DNA from: Candidatus Bathyarchaeota archaeon
GTDB lineage: Archaea > Thermoproteota > Bathyarchaeia > TCS64
Direction: 5' to 3'
Length of the DNA stretch: 47,467 nucleotides
Assembly (NCBI GenBank): GCA_037439685.1
Contig: JBBIVO010000001.1
Location: 39,033 to 86,499, forward strand
The notes under the pieces: generated by a model
Databases searched by the model: none
The model's input: the letters and a program-made list of their open reading frames with translations, nothing else
Told to the model about the DNA's origin: nothing
Shown: piece after piece, positions 27,688 through 36,914 of the stretch
Position numbering within the stretch: the stretch's first letter is position 1
Layout: each line of letters begins with the position of its first letter
Position numbers and translations under genes: made by a program

Positions 27688-29051
27688 ATGTTTAGTAGGG
27701 ATTTGCTTGAGGGCGCTCCCGATTATCGGGAGTTCATGTACGTTGATGAGCTTAACGAGAGCTCCTATAGCCTAGCCGAAGAGCATCCGGGCGAGGTGGA
27801 GCTCTTAAGGGTTGGATGCTCTGCTAGGGGGGAGCCGATATATGCCCTGAGGCTGGGGGAGGGTGGGCTTAGAGCGGTGCTCGTAGGTTTACCCCACCCC
27901 AATGAGCCTATAGGGAGCCTCACCATCGAATACTTCTCGAGGAGGCTGGCTGAGGATGATGAGCTCAGGAGGGAGCTGGGCTTCACATGGTACTTCATCA
28001 AGGCTGCGGACATAGATGGGGCACGCCTCAATGAGGGCTGGTTCAAGGGAGGGTAAGACAACATAAGGCATATGCTCAACTTCTATAGGACCCCGAGCTA
28101 TAGACAGGTTGAGTGGACCTTCCCAGTCGAGTATAAGACCCTTAAATGGAGCAGCCCATCGCCCGAGACCAGGGCCGTGATGAACCTCATCGACATCGTT
28201 AAGCCCAACCTTGTCTACTCCCTCCACAACTCCGCCTTCGGCGGTGTCTACTTCTACGTCTCAGAGCCCTGCCCTCCCCTATACCCTCGCCTCCAGGGCT
28301 TGGCGGGTCTGGAGGGCCTCCCCCTCCACCTGGGTGAGCCTGAGGCGCCCTACATGAGGAGGCTCGATGGCGCAGTCTTCCAGCTTCCCCCAATGAGCGA
28401 GATATACGACTTCTATGAGAGGCATGGAACCGATGATCCAGCCAGCATAATCAATCATGGGACGAGCGCCATGGAGTACGCTAAGGGGGTTAGCGGGGCC
28501 TTCACCATCATCTGCGAGTTGCCCTACATCTATGATGAGAAGATATTCGACACCTCACCAACTAGTGTTTCGAGGAGAGAGGCGGTTCTGAGGGGTGTAG
28601 AGCTTTCCATGGGGGTTTTCAATGTGGTTGAGAGGAGCTGGAAGGCCATTGAAGGGAGCCTTGATACCTCCTCCCCCTTCCACGAGGTGGTTCTGGATTA
28701 TCTGAGGAGGCATAGGGGCCAGATGGAGGCCAAGAGGAGGTGGGCTGAGGGGGATCCATCCCTGGAGAGGCCTGCACCATATCTGAGCTCTTCAACAATA
28801 TCACCATAACCAAGTACTACTCCATGAGGATTATAGGCCAGCTAATCCGCCTGATAGATGATAGCTTGAAGCTCAACCCGAGGGATGGGCTGATGGTCGA
28901 GAGGAGCCTCCTCATGGAGGAGCTTCACGGGATCGACCATGAGCTTGAGAGGGAGAAGTACAAGGTCATCCCCATCCAGAAGCTGGTGAGGGTTCAGGTG
29001 GGGGCAGCTCTCGAGGCCATCGAATATCTACGCTCTCGCCCCCCATCCTAG
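27688..29051 (+). pseudogene. M14-family zinc carboxypeptidase gene with an in-frame TAA and a frameshift
   Basis: GLPHPNEPIG (HxxE Zn site) and SLHNSAFGG (second His). There is an in-frame TAA at 28054-28056, and the 27688 and 28072 ORFs share one frame. The frame changes near the G5 run at 28749-28753 and continues into the 28824..29051 ORF. Confidence 0.65.
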
Positions 29052-29185
29052 TTTTGGATGCGAATGCTCAAAATGTCGAGATCCCGCCCTATCCTTCTTG
29101 AAGACTATCACGAGCCAGGTTCCCGAGTAGGCGGCGAAGCTGGCCCTGGACCGCAAAAATTTTCAATAGTAATTTAGAAGTTGTA

Positions 29186-30640
29186 TTGAGGGGTTTGTCT
29201 CAGGAATTTGGTGCTCTCGTCCTGGGAGAGGCATTGAGGAGAGGCGCAACCTACGCCGATGTCAGGATCGTCAGCATTGAGAATGAGGTTTTGAATGTGA
29301 GGAATGGCTCCCCAGAGCAGGTTGAGCTTCAAGAGCTCAGAGGATTCGGGGTTAGGGTTATAGTGAACGGCTCCTGGGGATTCGCCGCCTCCGTGGACCT
29401 GGATGGGGATGAGGCCGTAAAGGTGGTTAAGAGGGCTGTCGATATAGCTAGGGCAAGCTCTAGGCTGAAGAGGGGGGATGTGGCGCTTGCCTGGGAGGAT
29501 CCTAGAAGAGCGGAGTACTCCACCCCATACAAGAAGGATCCATTTGGGGTCCCATTGGAGGAGAAGCTTGGGGTATTGATGGATGCAGAGAGAGGCCTGG
29601 CTGCCTGCTCCCCCCTCATAAAGACATCCAACAGCTACTATCGAGGCTACAGGGAGAGGAAGCTCTTCATGAGCAGCGAGGGCTCAGAGATCTCCCAGAC
29701 GATAACATGGTGCGGTGGAGGCCTGATGGCCTTAGCCGTGAGGGGAGGGGAGGTCCAGGTGAGGTCATACCCCTCCTCCTTCAGGGGCGACTACTCGACA
29801 TCCGGCTACGAGTACTTCGAGTCCCTCGCCCTAGTAGACCACGCGGAGGATCTGGGCAGGGAGCTTGTGAACCTCATGGACGCCGAGAGGTGCCCATCTG
29901 AGGAGATGGACCTCATCCTCACCGGAGACCAGCTGGCCCTCCAGATCCATGAGAGCTGCGGCCACCCAACCGAGCTCGATAGGGTGATGGGGACCGAGGC
30001 CGACATGGCTGGAACCAGCTTCCTCACGCCGGAGAAGCTTGAGAGGTTCATGTACGGATCGAAGGACGTGAACCTCGTGGCAGACGCCACGGCTCCGGGG
30101 GGCCTCGGCACCTTCGGCTACGACGACGAGGGGGTGAAGGCTAAGAGGGTCTACCTGGTCAGGGAGGGCCTCTTCGTCGGCTATCAGACGTCGAGGGAGA
30201 CTGCTGCAGCGCTTAACCTAGGCGAGAGCAGCGGGGGGATGAGGGCTGACTCGCCCCTCTCCCTCCCCATCATAAGGATGACCAACATAAACCTCCTACC
30301 CGGAGACTGGAAGGCTGAGGAGATAATAGAGGATACCAGGGATGGGATCCTGATGATGACCAACAGGTCCTGGAGCATAGATGACAAGAGGATAAACTTC
30401 CAGTTCGGCACCGAGGTGGGTTGGAGGATAAGGGACGGGAGTAGGGAAGGGCTTGTCAAGAACCCGACATATATGGGTGTGACCCCCAGGTTCTGGGGCT
30501 CCTGCGACGCCGTGAGCGGGGACGACTGGAGGATGTGGGGGACCCCCAGCTGCGGGAAGGGGGTGCCCGGACAGGTTATGTACGTGGGCCACGGCTGTGG
30601 AACGGCGAGGTTCAGGAGGACCAGGGTAGGACTGATCTGA
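29186..30640 (+). CDS. tldD: TldD-family metalloprotease
   Basis: HESCGHPTELDR (HExxxH) and typical length (484 aa). TTG start. It is followed 10 nt later by its PmbA partner. Confidence 0.85.
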   Translation: MRGLSQEFGALVLGEALRRGATYADVRIVSIENEVLNVRNGSPEQVELQELRGFGVRVIVNGSWGFAASVDLDGDEAVKVVKRAVDIARASSRLKRGDVALAWEDPRRAEYSTPYKKDPFGVPLEEKLGVLMDAERGLAACSPLIKTSNSYYRGYRERKLFMSSEGSEISQTITWCGGGLMALAVRGGEVQVRSYPSSFRGDYSTSGYEYFESLALVDHAEDLGRELVNLMDAERCPSEEMDLILTGDQLALQIHESCGHPTELDRVMGTEADMAGTSFLTPEKLERFMYGSKDVNLVADATAPGGLGTFGYDDEGVKAKRVYLVREGLFVGYQTSRETAAALNLGESSGGMRADSPLSLPIIRMTNINLLPGDWKAEEIIEDTRDGILMMTNRSWSIDDKRINFQFGTEVGWRIRDGSREGLVKNPTYMGVTPRFWGSCDAVSGDDWRMWGTPSCGKGVPGQVMYVGHGCGTARFRRTRVGLI

Positions 30641-30649
30641 TGGGAGGCG

Positions 30650-32032
30650 ATGTGGATGGTTCTAGATAGGCTTCTAGAGGTGGCCGAGAGGGCTGTTAAA
30701 ACCGCTCTGAAAGTGGGAGCCTACCAGTCCCAGGCCTCATCCTTCATCTTGGACGCGGCCCTGACAAGGTACGCCAACTCCCAGATCCACCAGAATGTCG
30801 CCTACAAGTCTGGAGGGGTCTCCATCAGGGTGGTCCTCCCCGATGGGAGGATTGGAGATATGGAGGCCTTTACCCTCGAGGAGAAGGGGGTTGAGAGGGC
30901 TGTTGAGGACACGGTTAGGATAGCTAGGGCCTCAAAGCCTGTCGCCGACTTCAAGGGCCTGCCAGAGCCCCTGCCCTGGAGCCCTGTGGAGGGAGCCTTC
31001 GACGAGGAGACATCCCTCTGCACACCTCAGGATAGGGTCCAGATGGTGAGGGAGGCGATAGAGACAGCCCACGCGAGGTCCCCTCTCGTTAGGGCTGTGG
31101 CTGGGAACCTCTCCACAAACTCGGCATACTTCGCCGTTGTCAACTCTCTCGGGATCTCGGCTAGGGCCTCCCTAACCACCGCAGGCATGAAGACCACAGT
31201 GATCTCCGAACTCGAGGGGACGGAGGGGTTCAGCACAGCGGAGAGCTACTCGAGGAGGGTGGGGGATATCGACCCAAGCATCCTCGCCGGCGAGGCGGCT
31301 GAGAGGTCGGCCAACGGGGTTAAGCCCATCAGGGTTCAGCCCGGAGATTACGAGGTCGTCCTATCACCCCTCGCCGCCAGGGTCCTCTTCACCTACATAA
31401 CCAGCATGGGATTCTCAGCGGCCTCATACCAGGATGGAAGCTCCTTCGTCAGATACTTCTCAGGCAGGAGGGTCTTCGACGAGAAGCTAAACGTGAAGGA
31501 TGATGCATGGGACCCGAGGACCCTCTACATGCTACCCATAGATGGGGAAGGGGTTCCAAAGAGGAGGATGAACCTGATAACCGCAGGCGAGGCCCTGGAG
31601 GAGGGCGTCTGCTACGACTCCCTCAGGGGAGGGAGAGAGGGGAAGAAGAGCACGGGTCACTCCCCTCCACCGATAGGTAGGAGGCTCCTAGACCGCCCGG
31701 TTCCATACAACGTGATAGTAGAGCCCGGAGACTCGAATATGGGTGAGATGATAGAGGAGACGAGGAGGGGGCTATTCATAACCGACCTATGGTACATAAG
31801 GCCCGTGGAGCCCACGAGGGTCGTCCTAACAGGGCTGACGAGGGATGGGACCTTCCTAATAGAGGACGGTGAGCTGTCGAAGCCCGCCGTCAACCTGAGA
31901 TTCACTGACAGCATGCTCTCAGCCCTCTCCGAGATCCCCCTAATCGGGGATGAAGCGAAGACCTTTGAGACCAACGCCGTGCCGGCGATGAAGCTGAAGA
32001 AGATGAGGTTCGTGGGAATATCGGCCTACTAG
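30650..32032 (+). CDS. pmbA: PmbA/TldE-family protein (TldD partner)
   Basis: 460-aa paralogue-like protein lacking HExxxH. It lies immediately downstream of tldD, with a GGGAGG Shine-Dalgarno-like motif at 30642-30647. Confidence 0.8.
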   Translation: MWMVLDRLLEVAERAVKTALKVGAYQSQASSFILDAALTRYANSQIHQNVAYKSGGVSIRVVLPDGRIGDMEAFTLEEKGVERAVEDTVRIARASKPVADFKGLPEPLPWSPVEGAFDEETSLCTPQDRVQMVREAIETAHARSPLVRAVAGNLSTNSAYFAVVNSLGISARASLTTAGMKTTVISELEGTEGFSTAESYSRRVGDIDPSILAGEAAERSANGVKPIRVQPGDYEVVLSPLAARVLFTYITSMGFSAASYQDGSSFVRYFSGRRVFDEKLNVKDDAWDPRTLYMLPIDGEGVPKRRMNLITAGEALEEGVCYDSLRGGREGKKSTGHSPPPIGRRLLDRPVPYNVIVEPGDSNMGEMIEETRRGLFITDLWYIRPVEPTRVVLTGLTRDGTFLIEDGELSKPAVNLRFTDSMLSALSEIPLIGDEAKTFETNAVPAMKLKKMRFVGISAY

Positions 32033-32265
32033 CCATGAAAACATCTAAACCCTTTATCAAAATATTTTAATTCTCACCTAATTTAACACATCATCTTCTA
32101 TGGAGAAGAGATTTGATGAGATTTTATTTTTTAATAATTTGGACAATTCTGAGAGCGATATAATGCCTCAACCTGAGGTATGATGTAAAATTCACTGTTC
32201 TTAGATTTTGAACATTTATTCTAAAATATAGCATTATATCAACTATTCACACATATTTTAAGAAC

Positions 32266-34161
32266 ATGTTTGAGATATTGAACTTAAGAAGGCTTGTCTT
32301 CTTTTCCCTCATCCTCCTCTTAATAGGTAGCGTTTTGGGACTGGCCTTATTCAACCTAAGTAACATATACCCTCCTCCCAAGCCTCCATTAACCCCCTCT
32401 TCCCTGAGGAGGTTCACCTCTGAGGATGAGCTGAGGGCCTTCCTGAATAGGAGTTCCCCTCCGTTTCAACCCTTCTATGGATCCCGGGGAGAGATGTCTA
32501 GGAGTGTGCCATCTTCAGGGTTTGCCTCCCTTGCGAAGATGGAGCCTGAGCCTCTCGATTATTCGGGCACAAACATTCAGGTTGAGGGGGTTGATGAGTC
32601 AGACCTGGTCAAGACGGATGGGAGATACATTTACATCGCCGCTGGAAACTCCCTGGTTATAGTCAAAGCCTATCCACCCGAGGCGGCGGGGATCCTCTCC
32701 AGGATAATCCTCAACCGCTCCGTGGTGGAGATCTTCCTGAGCGGTGATAAGCTAGCCATATTCCTCCGGGAGGTGGCGCCTCATCCCATCCTAACTTCTC
32801 GAAGGTGGATGCCTCCTAGGCTGTTTGGGGCATCAACCATCGTGAAGATCTTCGATGTCTCCGACAGGTCTCATCCCGTGGAGGGGAGGAGTATAGAGGT
32901 CGATGGATACTATGTGGACTCTAGGATGATGGGAGGTTACATCTACCTGATAACAAGCCAGCCGGCTCATCTGAAGGGCGGCGGGGCTGTTCTCCCCAAG
33001 ATTAGGGTTGGAGAGCTGATCTTGGCCATCCCAGCCTCCTCCATATACTACGCCAACTACACCGACTACTCATATGCTTATACGAACATCTTCTCGATAT
33101 GTATGCTGGATCCTGGGGAGCCCATAAACCATGAGGCCTTCCTCGTGGGGGAGGCGAGCTGCATCTATGTCTCCATAAGCCACATCTACATAGCAGTCCC
33201 GAGGTATGGGCAGTTAGGGAAGTTTAGGTTTGAGGAGACCTCCATATATAAGATTGGGTTAGAGGGAGGGAAGATCCTTCCCATGGCTGAGGAGGCTGTT
33301 CCGGGATGGGTTCTCAACCAGTTCTCCATGGACGAGTCGAACGGCTACTTCAGGATAGCGACGACCATAGGCCGAGATTGGGGTGGAGCGGCATGGTCGG
33401 GGAACAACGTTTACATCCTCAACTCAAGCCTGCACGTCGTTGGGAGGCTTGAGGGGCTGGCGCCTGGAGAGCGGATCTACTCGGCTAGGTTCATGGGCTC
33501 AAGGTGCTACCTGGTGACCTTCAAGAAGGTTGACCCCCTCTTCGCCTTGGACCTGGGGGATCCGATGAAGCCGAGGGCTCTTGGAAGGCTGAAGATCCCG
33601 GGATACTCCAACTTCCTCCACCCATATGATGAGGGCCGTCTGATAGGCATCGGGAAGGAGACCGTTGAGGCTGAGGGGGGAGACTTCGCCTGGTATCAGG
33701 GGTTGAAGATATCCCTCTTCGACGTCGAGGATGTGGAGAACCCTGAGGAGTTGGCGAAATATCTTGTCGGGGATAGGGGGACTGAGTCCCCAGCCTTGAG
33801 GGATCATAAGGCGCTGCTATTCATCAGGTCTAGGGGGTTGCTCGTGATCCCGATATTAGAGGCCAAGATAAACCCGGAGGCCTATCCCGGCGGGGCTCCC
33901 CCCAACGCCCAGGGCGAGTATGTATATCAGGGGGCCTACATCTTCAGGATATACCCAGAGGGGAGGATAGAGCTGGTGGGGAGGATCACACATATGGACG
34001 GCCGTGAGGATCTGGATAAGGGCGGCTTCCCCCTCGGATCACCCCTCTGCATCGAGAGGGCGCTCTACATAGAGGGCATCCTCTACACTATATCGAGGAG
34101 GATGATAAAGATGAACAGCCTAGAGACGCTGGAAGAGGTCAACAGGGTTATACTCTCATAG
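32266..34161 (+). CDS. membrane-anchored or secreted beta-propeller domain protein
   Basis: N-terminal TM segment. YSGTNIQVEGVDESDLVKTDGRYIYI matches the start of the 'Beta propeller domain' family (PF09826-like) as recalled. 631 aa. Confidence 0.6.
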   Translation: MFEILNLRRLVFFSLILLLIGSVLGLALFNLSNIYPPPKPPLTPSSLRRFTSEDELRAFLNRSSPPFQPFYGSRGEMSRSVPSSGFASLAKMEPEPLDYSGTNIQVEGVDESDLVKTDGRYIYIAAGNSLVIVKAYPPEAAGILSRIILNRSVVEIFLSGDKLAIFLREVAPHPILTSRRWMPPRLFGASTIVKIFDVSDRSHPVEGRSIEVDGYYVDSRMMGGYIYLITSQPAHLKGGGAVLPKIRVGELILAIPASSIYYANYTDYSYAYTNIFSICMLDPGEPINHEAFLVGEASCIYVSISHIYIAVPRYGQLGKFRFEETSIYKIGLEGGKILPMAEEAVPGWVLNQFSMDESNGYFRIATTIGRDWGGAAWSGNNVYILNSSLHVVGRLEGLAPGERIYSARFMGSRCYLVTFKKVDPLFALDLGDPMKPRALGRLKIPGYSNFLHPYDEGRLIGIGKETVEAEGGDFAWYQGLKISLFDVEDVENPEELAKYLVGDRGTESPALRDHKALLFIRSRGLLVIPILEAKINPEAYPGGAPPNAQGEYVYQGAYIFRIYPEGRIELVGRITHMDGREDLDKGGFPLGSPLCIERALYIEGILYTISRRMIKMNSLETLEEVNRVILS

Positions 34162-34231
34162 CGGTGGGGCTCCACTTCGAAGGAGGCTGCAATCTTTTTA
34201 GAGAGGCTCATCGCATAGGATGTGGCGGGAT

Positions 34232-35533
34232 ATGCTGGACATAAGGCTTATCCGGGAGAACCCTGACCTCGTGCGCCAGAACATCTCCAGGAGGAACGAT
34301 CCAGAGAAGCTGAGGCTCCTCGAAGAGGTTATAGAGCTGGACAGGAGGTGGAGGGAGCTGACGACCAGGGTGAACGAGCTCAGGAGGAGGAGAAACGAGC
34401 TGAGCGAGGAGATCGGCCGCCTCCTCAAAGAGGGGAGGGACCCCTCAGAGTTGAGGAGGATGGCGGAGATGATACCTGAAATGGTCAGAGAGGCTGAGGC
34501 GGAGAGGGATGAGTGCTGGGCGAGGTTGAGGGGCGGCCTGATGAGGCTGCCCAACCTCCTCCACGAGTCTGTCCCATACGGCGTCGATGAGAGCCAGAAC
34601 CTCGAGGTTAGGAGGTGGGGTGAGCCGCCGAGATTCGATTTCCAGCCGAGGAGCCATGTCGAGGTGGCCTCCGCCCTGGGCATCGTAGACTTCGAGAGGG
34701 CTGCGAAGGTCTCAGGGGCGGGCTTCTACTACCTCAAGAACGAGCTGGTCCTCCTCGACTACGCGATAATCCGCTTCGCGATAGACCACCTCCTCGCAAA
34801 GGGCTACACCTTGATAGAGCCCCCCTTCATGCTCAGGAGGAGGCCATATGAGGGGGCCACAGACCTCTCCGACTTCGAGAGGGTGATGTACAAGGTTGAG
34901 GGGGAGGACCTATACCTCATAGCGACGAGCGAGCACTCCATAGCGGCTATGTTCATGGACGAGGTCCTCAACGCGGAGGACCTCCCGATAAAGCTGGTTG
35001 GGGTGAGCCCATGCTTCAGGAGGGAGGTTGGAGCCCATGGGAAGTACACGAAGGGCCTATTCAGGGTCCACCAATTCAACAAGGTCGAGCAGTTCATATT
35101 CTGCCTCCCGGAGCAGAGCTGGGAGCTCCACGAGGAGCTCCAGAGGAACAGCGAGGAGCTCTACCAGATGCTCGGCCTCCACTACAGGGTGATGAACGTC
35201 TGCACGGGAGATATAGGCAGCATAGCGGCTAAGAGGTACGACATAGAGGTCTGGATGGCCGATGGAGTACACCGGGAGAGTGGAAGCAACAGCAACTGCA
35301 CCGATTACCAGGCTAGGAGGCTTAATATAAGGTACAGGCTTAAGGAGGGGCAGCCACCAGCCGGCTACGTCCACACCCTGAATAACACAGCCCTCGCCAC
35401 CAGTAGGACGATGCTCGCCATCCTGGAGCAGTACCAGCAGAGAGACGGCTCCGTGCTAGTTCCAGAGCCATTGCGAAAATATATGAATGGGATGGAGCGG
35501 ATAGAGGGGATCCTGAACCCCCTAAACCTTTGA
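34232..35533 (+). CDS. serS: seryl-tRNA synthetase
   Basis: MLDIRLIRENPDLV N-terminus, a coiled-coil arm, and class II motifs (FRREVGAHG, TGDIGSIAAKRYDIEVW, SNCTDYQARRL). Confidence 0.9.
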   Translation: MLDIRLIRENPDLVRQNISRRNDPEKLRLLEEVIELDRRWRELTTRVNELRRRRNELSEEIGRLLKEGRDPSELRRMAEMIPEMVREAEAERDECWARLRGGLMRLPNLLHESVPYGVDESQNLEVRRWGEPPRFDFQPRSHVEVASALGIVDFERAAKVSGAGFYYLKNELVLLDYAIIRFAIDHLLAKGYTLIEPPFMLRRRPYEGATDLSDFERVMYKVEGEDLYLIATSEHSIAAMFMDEVLNAEDLPIKLVGVSPCFRREVGAHGKYTKGLFRVHQFNKVEQFIFCLPEQSWELHEELQRNSEELYQMLGLHYRVMNVCTGDIGSIAAKRYDIEVWMADGVHRESGSNSNCTDYQARRLNIRYRLKEGQPPAGYVHTLNNTALATSRTMLAILEQYQQRDGSVLVPEPLRKYMNGMERIEGILNPLNL

Positions 35534-35658
35534 GCGGCCCTCAACCATCTACAACAAAATATCATTCATCTAAGGAAGAGAACATATCTATTTAACTGGC
35601 TTCCCTAAATCAGGGGTGTCTCTTTAAATAGGGATAGAGAGCCAATAACTGTCTAACC

Positions 35659-36855
35659 CTAGCTGTGAATCGAAGATCTTCGGTCCCCATCAACAAGGGT
35701 GGCCAACAAGAATATGTCTACAGCCGCTCCTGTAAGGTTGATTAGGATCGGGATGTCGAAGCCGAAGGCGTCGTATAGGAGACCCCCTATGAAGGGTGCT
35801 GGAAAGGCTATGAGGCCCCTCAAGGCCATATATCCCCCGATGCTAAGCCCCAAGCCTCCCGCCTCCGCCCTCCCAGCTATCCACGCCTGCTCTGCTGGAA
35901 CCAATAGGGCTGCTGAAAGCCCCCAGAGGAGGTGGACCAACAGCAGAGCCTCCGGCCTCTTGGAGACGAGGATCCCGAGGAGGAGGTGGCAGCTTATGAG
36001 CTGGGATAGTATCAGGAGCCTCCTGTATCCCACCCGGTCCACCAACCTCCCTATGGGGATAGCCGAGGCCGCCCATGAGGCGGTCATCACAGATGCCATC
36101 AGGCCCAGCATCGATGGAGAATACCCATAACTCTTGGACAGCATCCCGAAGAGGATCCTCGACCCCAATCCAAAGGAGAAGGCGTCGACGGCCATCGCCA
36201 CATAGAACCCCCTGAGGTGTGGGGGAGGGAGAACCCTAATGCCTCTAGGCCTCCTTAGGACTCCTCCTGGCCGCTGCCTCTCTCGAAGATGCCTGGCGAT
36301 GACAAAGAGGGAGATGAGGCCTACGAGGATCGAGGTGAGGAAGGCCATCCTATAACCATATTTTGAGGCTATGAGCCCGGCCCCTAAGGGGGCGAAGAGG
36401 CCCACGGCCATATATGAGGCGGTCACATCGCTGTAGGTTCTACCCAGCCCCCCACTTCCGGAGGACTCCGCGACCATGCTGCTCCAGTCAGGCTCAGCCG
36501 CTGCAGCCACTCCTATAAGGATGAAGCCCACGACGAGAAGCTCCCAAGAGCCTGCGAGGAAGAAACATGAAAGGGCTAGTAACAGGCTCAGCTCCCTGAG
36601 GATTAGGAAAATCTTCCTGCCGTGGGAGTCGGAGGCCCAGCCCAGGAAGGGCTGGGCTGAGATGGAGATCAGGTCTCTGAGGCTCTCTAGGCTCCCTAGG
36701 ACCCTCATGGGGATGCCGAGGCTGAGGGCGAAGGGCTGCCATAGTATGCCCATGTGGATCTGAATGCCCCTCAATGCCGCTAGAAGGAGGAGCAGAGGCC
36801 TCCTAGCCGGAACCGATCCCCCCTCATCCCCGCTCCTCGATTCGTAGGCGCCCAT
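35659..36855 (-). CDS. MFS-type transporter
   Basis: 398-aa protein with about 12 hydrophobic segments and an MFS-like loop motif GWASDSHGRK. Confidence 0.7.
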   Translation of the reverse strand: MGAYESRSGDEGGSVPARRPLLLLLAALRGIQIHMGILWQPFALSLGIPMRVLGSLESLRDLISISAQPFLGWASDSHGRKIFLILRELSLLLALSCFFLAGSWELLVVGFILIGVAAAAEPDWSSMVAESSGSGGLGRTYSDVTASYMAVGLFAPLGAGLIASKYGYRMAFLTSILVGLISLFVIARHLRERQRPGGVLRRPRGIRVLPPPHLRGFYVAMAVDAFSFGLGSRILFGMLSKSYGYSPSMLGLMASVMTASWAASAIPIGRLVDRVGYRRLLILSQLISCHLLLGILVSKRPEALLLVHLLWGLSAALLVPAEQAWIAGRAEAGGLGLSIGGYMALRGLIAFPAPFIGGLLYDAFGFDIPILINLTGAAVDIFLLATLVDGDRRSSIHS

Positions 36856-36884
36856 GAGAGCCTAGGGGTAAGATAAACCCCCCA

Positions 36885-36895
36885 TTTTATATATT
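36885..36895. promoter_or_regulatory. shared TATA-like element (TTTTATATATT) between the divergent MFS and M32 genes
   Basis: It lies about 25 nt upstream of the ATG at 36915 and about 30-38 nt upstream of the MFS ATG at 36855. This spacing fits leaderless or short-leader archaeal transcripts. Confidence 0.4.
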
Positions 36896-36914
36896 GTGGT
36901 CTAGCCTTCAACAT

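Noticed and set aside
32100-32200. UGAUGA- and CUGA-like boxes in the AT-rich region upstream of the beta-propeller gene
   Set aside because: The boxes are degenerate, the spacing is wrong (29 nt between the C-like and first D-like box), and there is no terminal stem. This is most likely ordinary promoter DNA.
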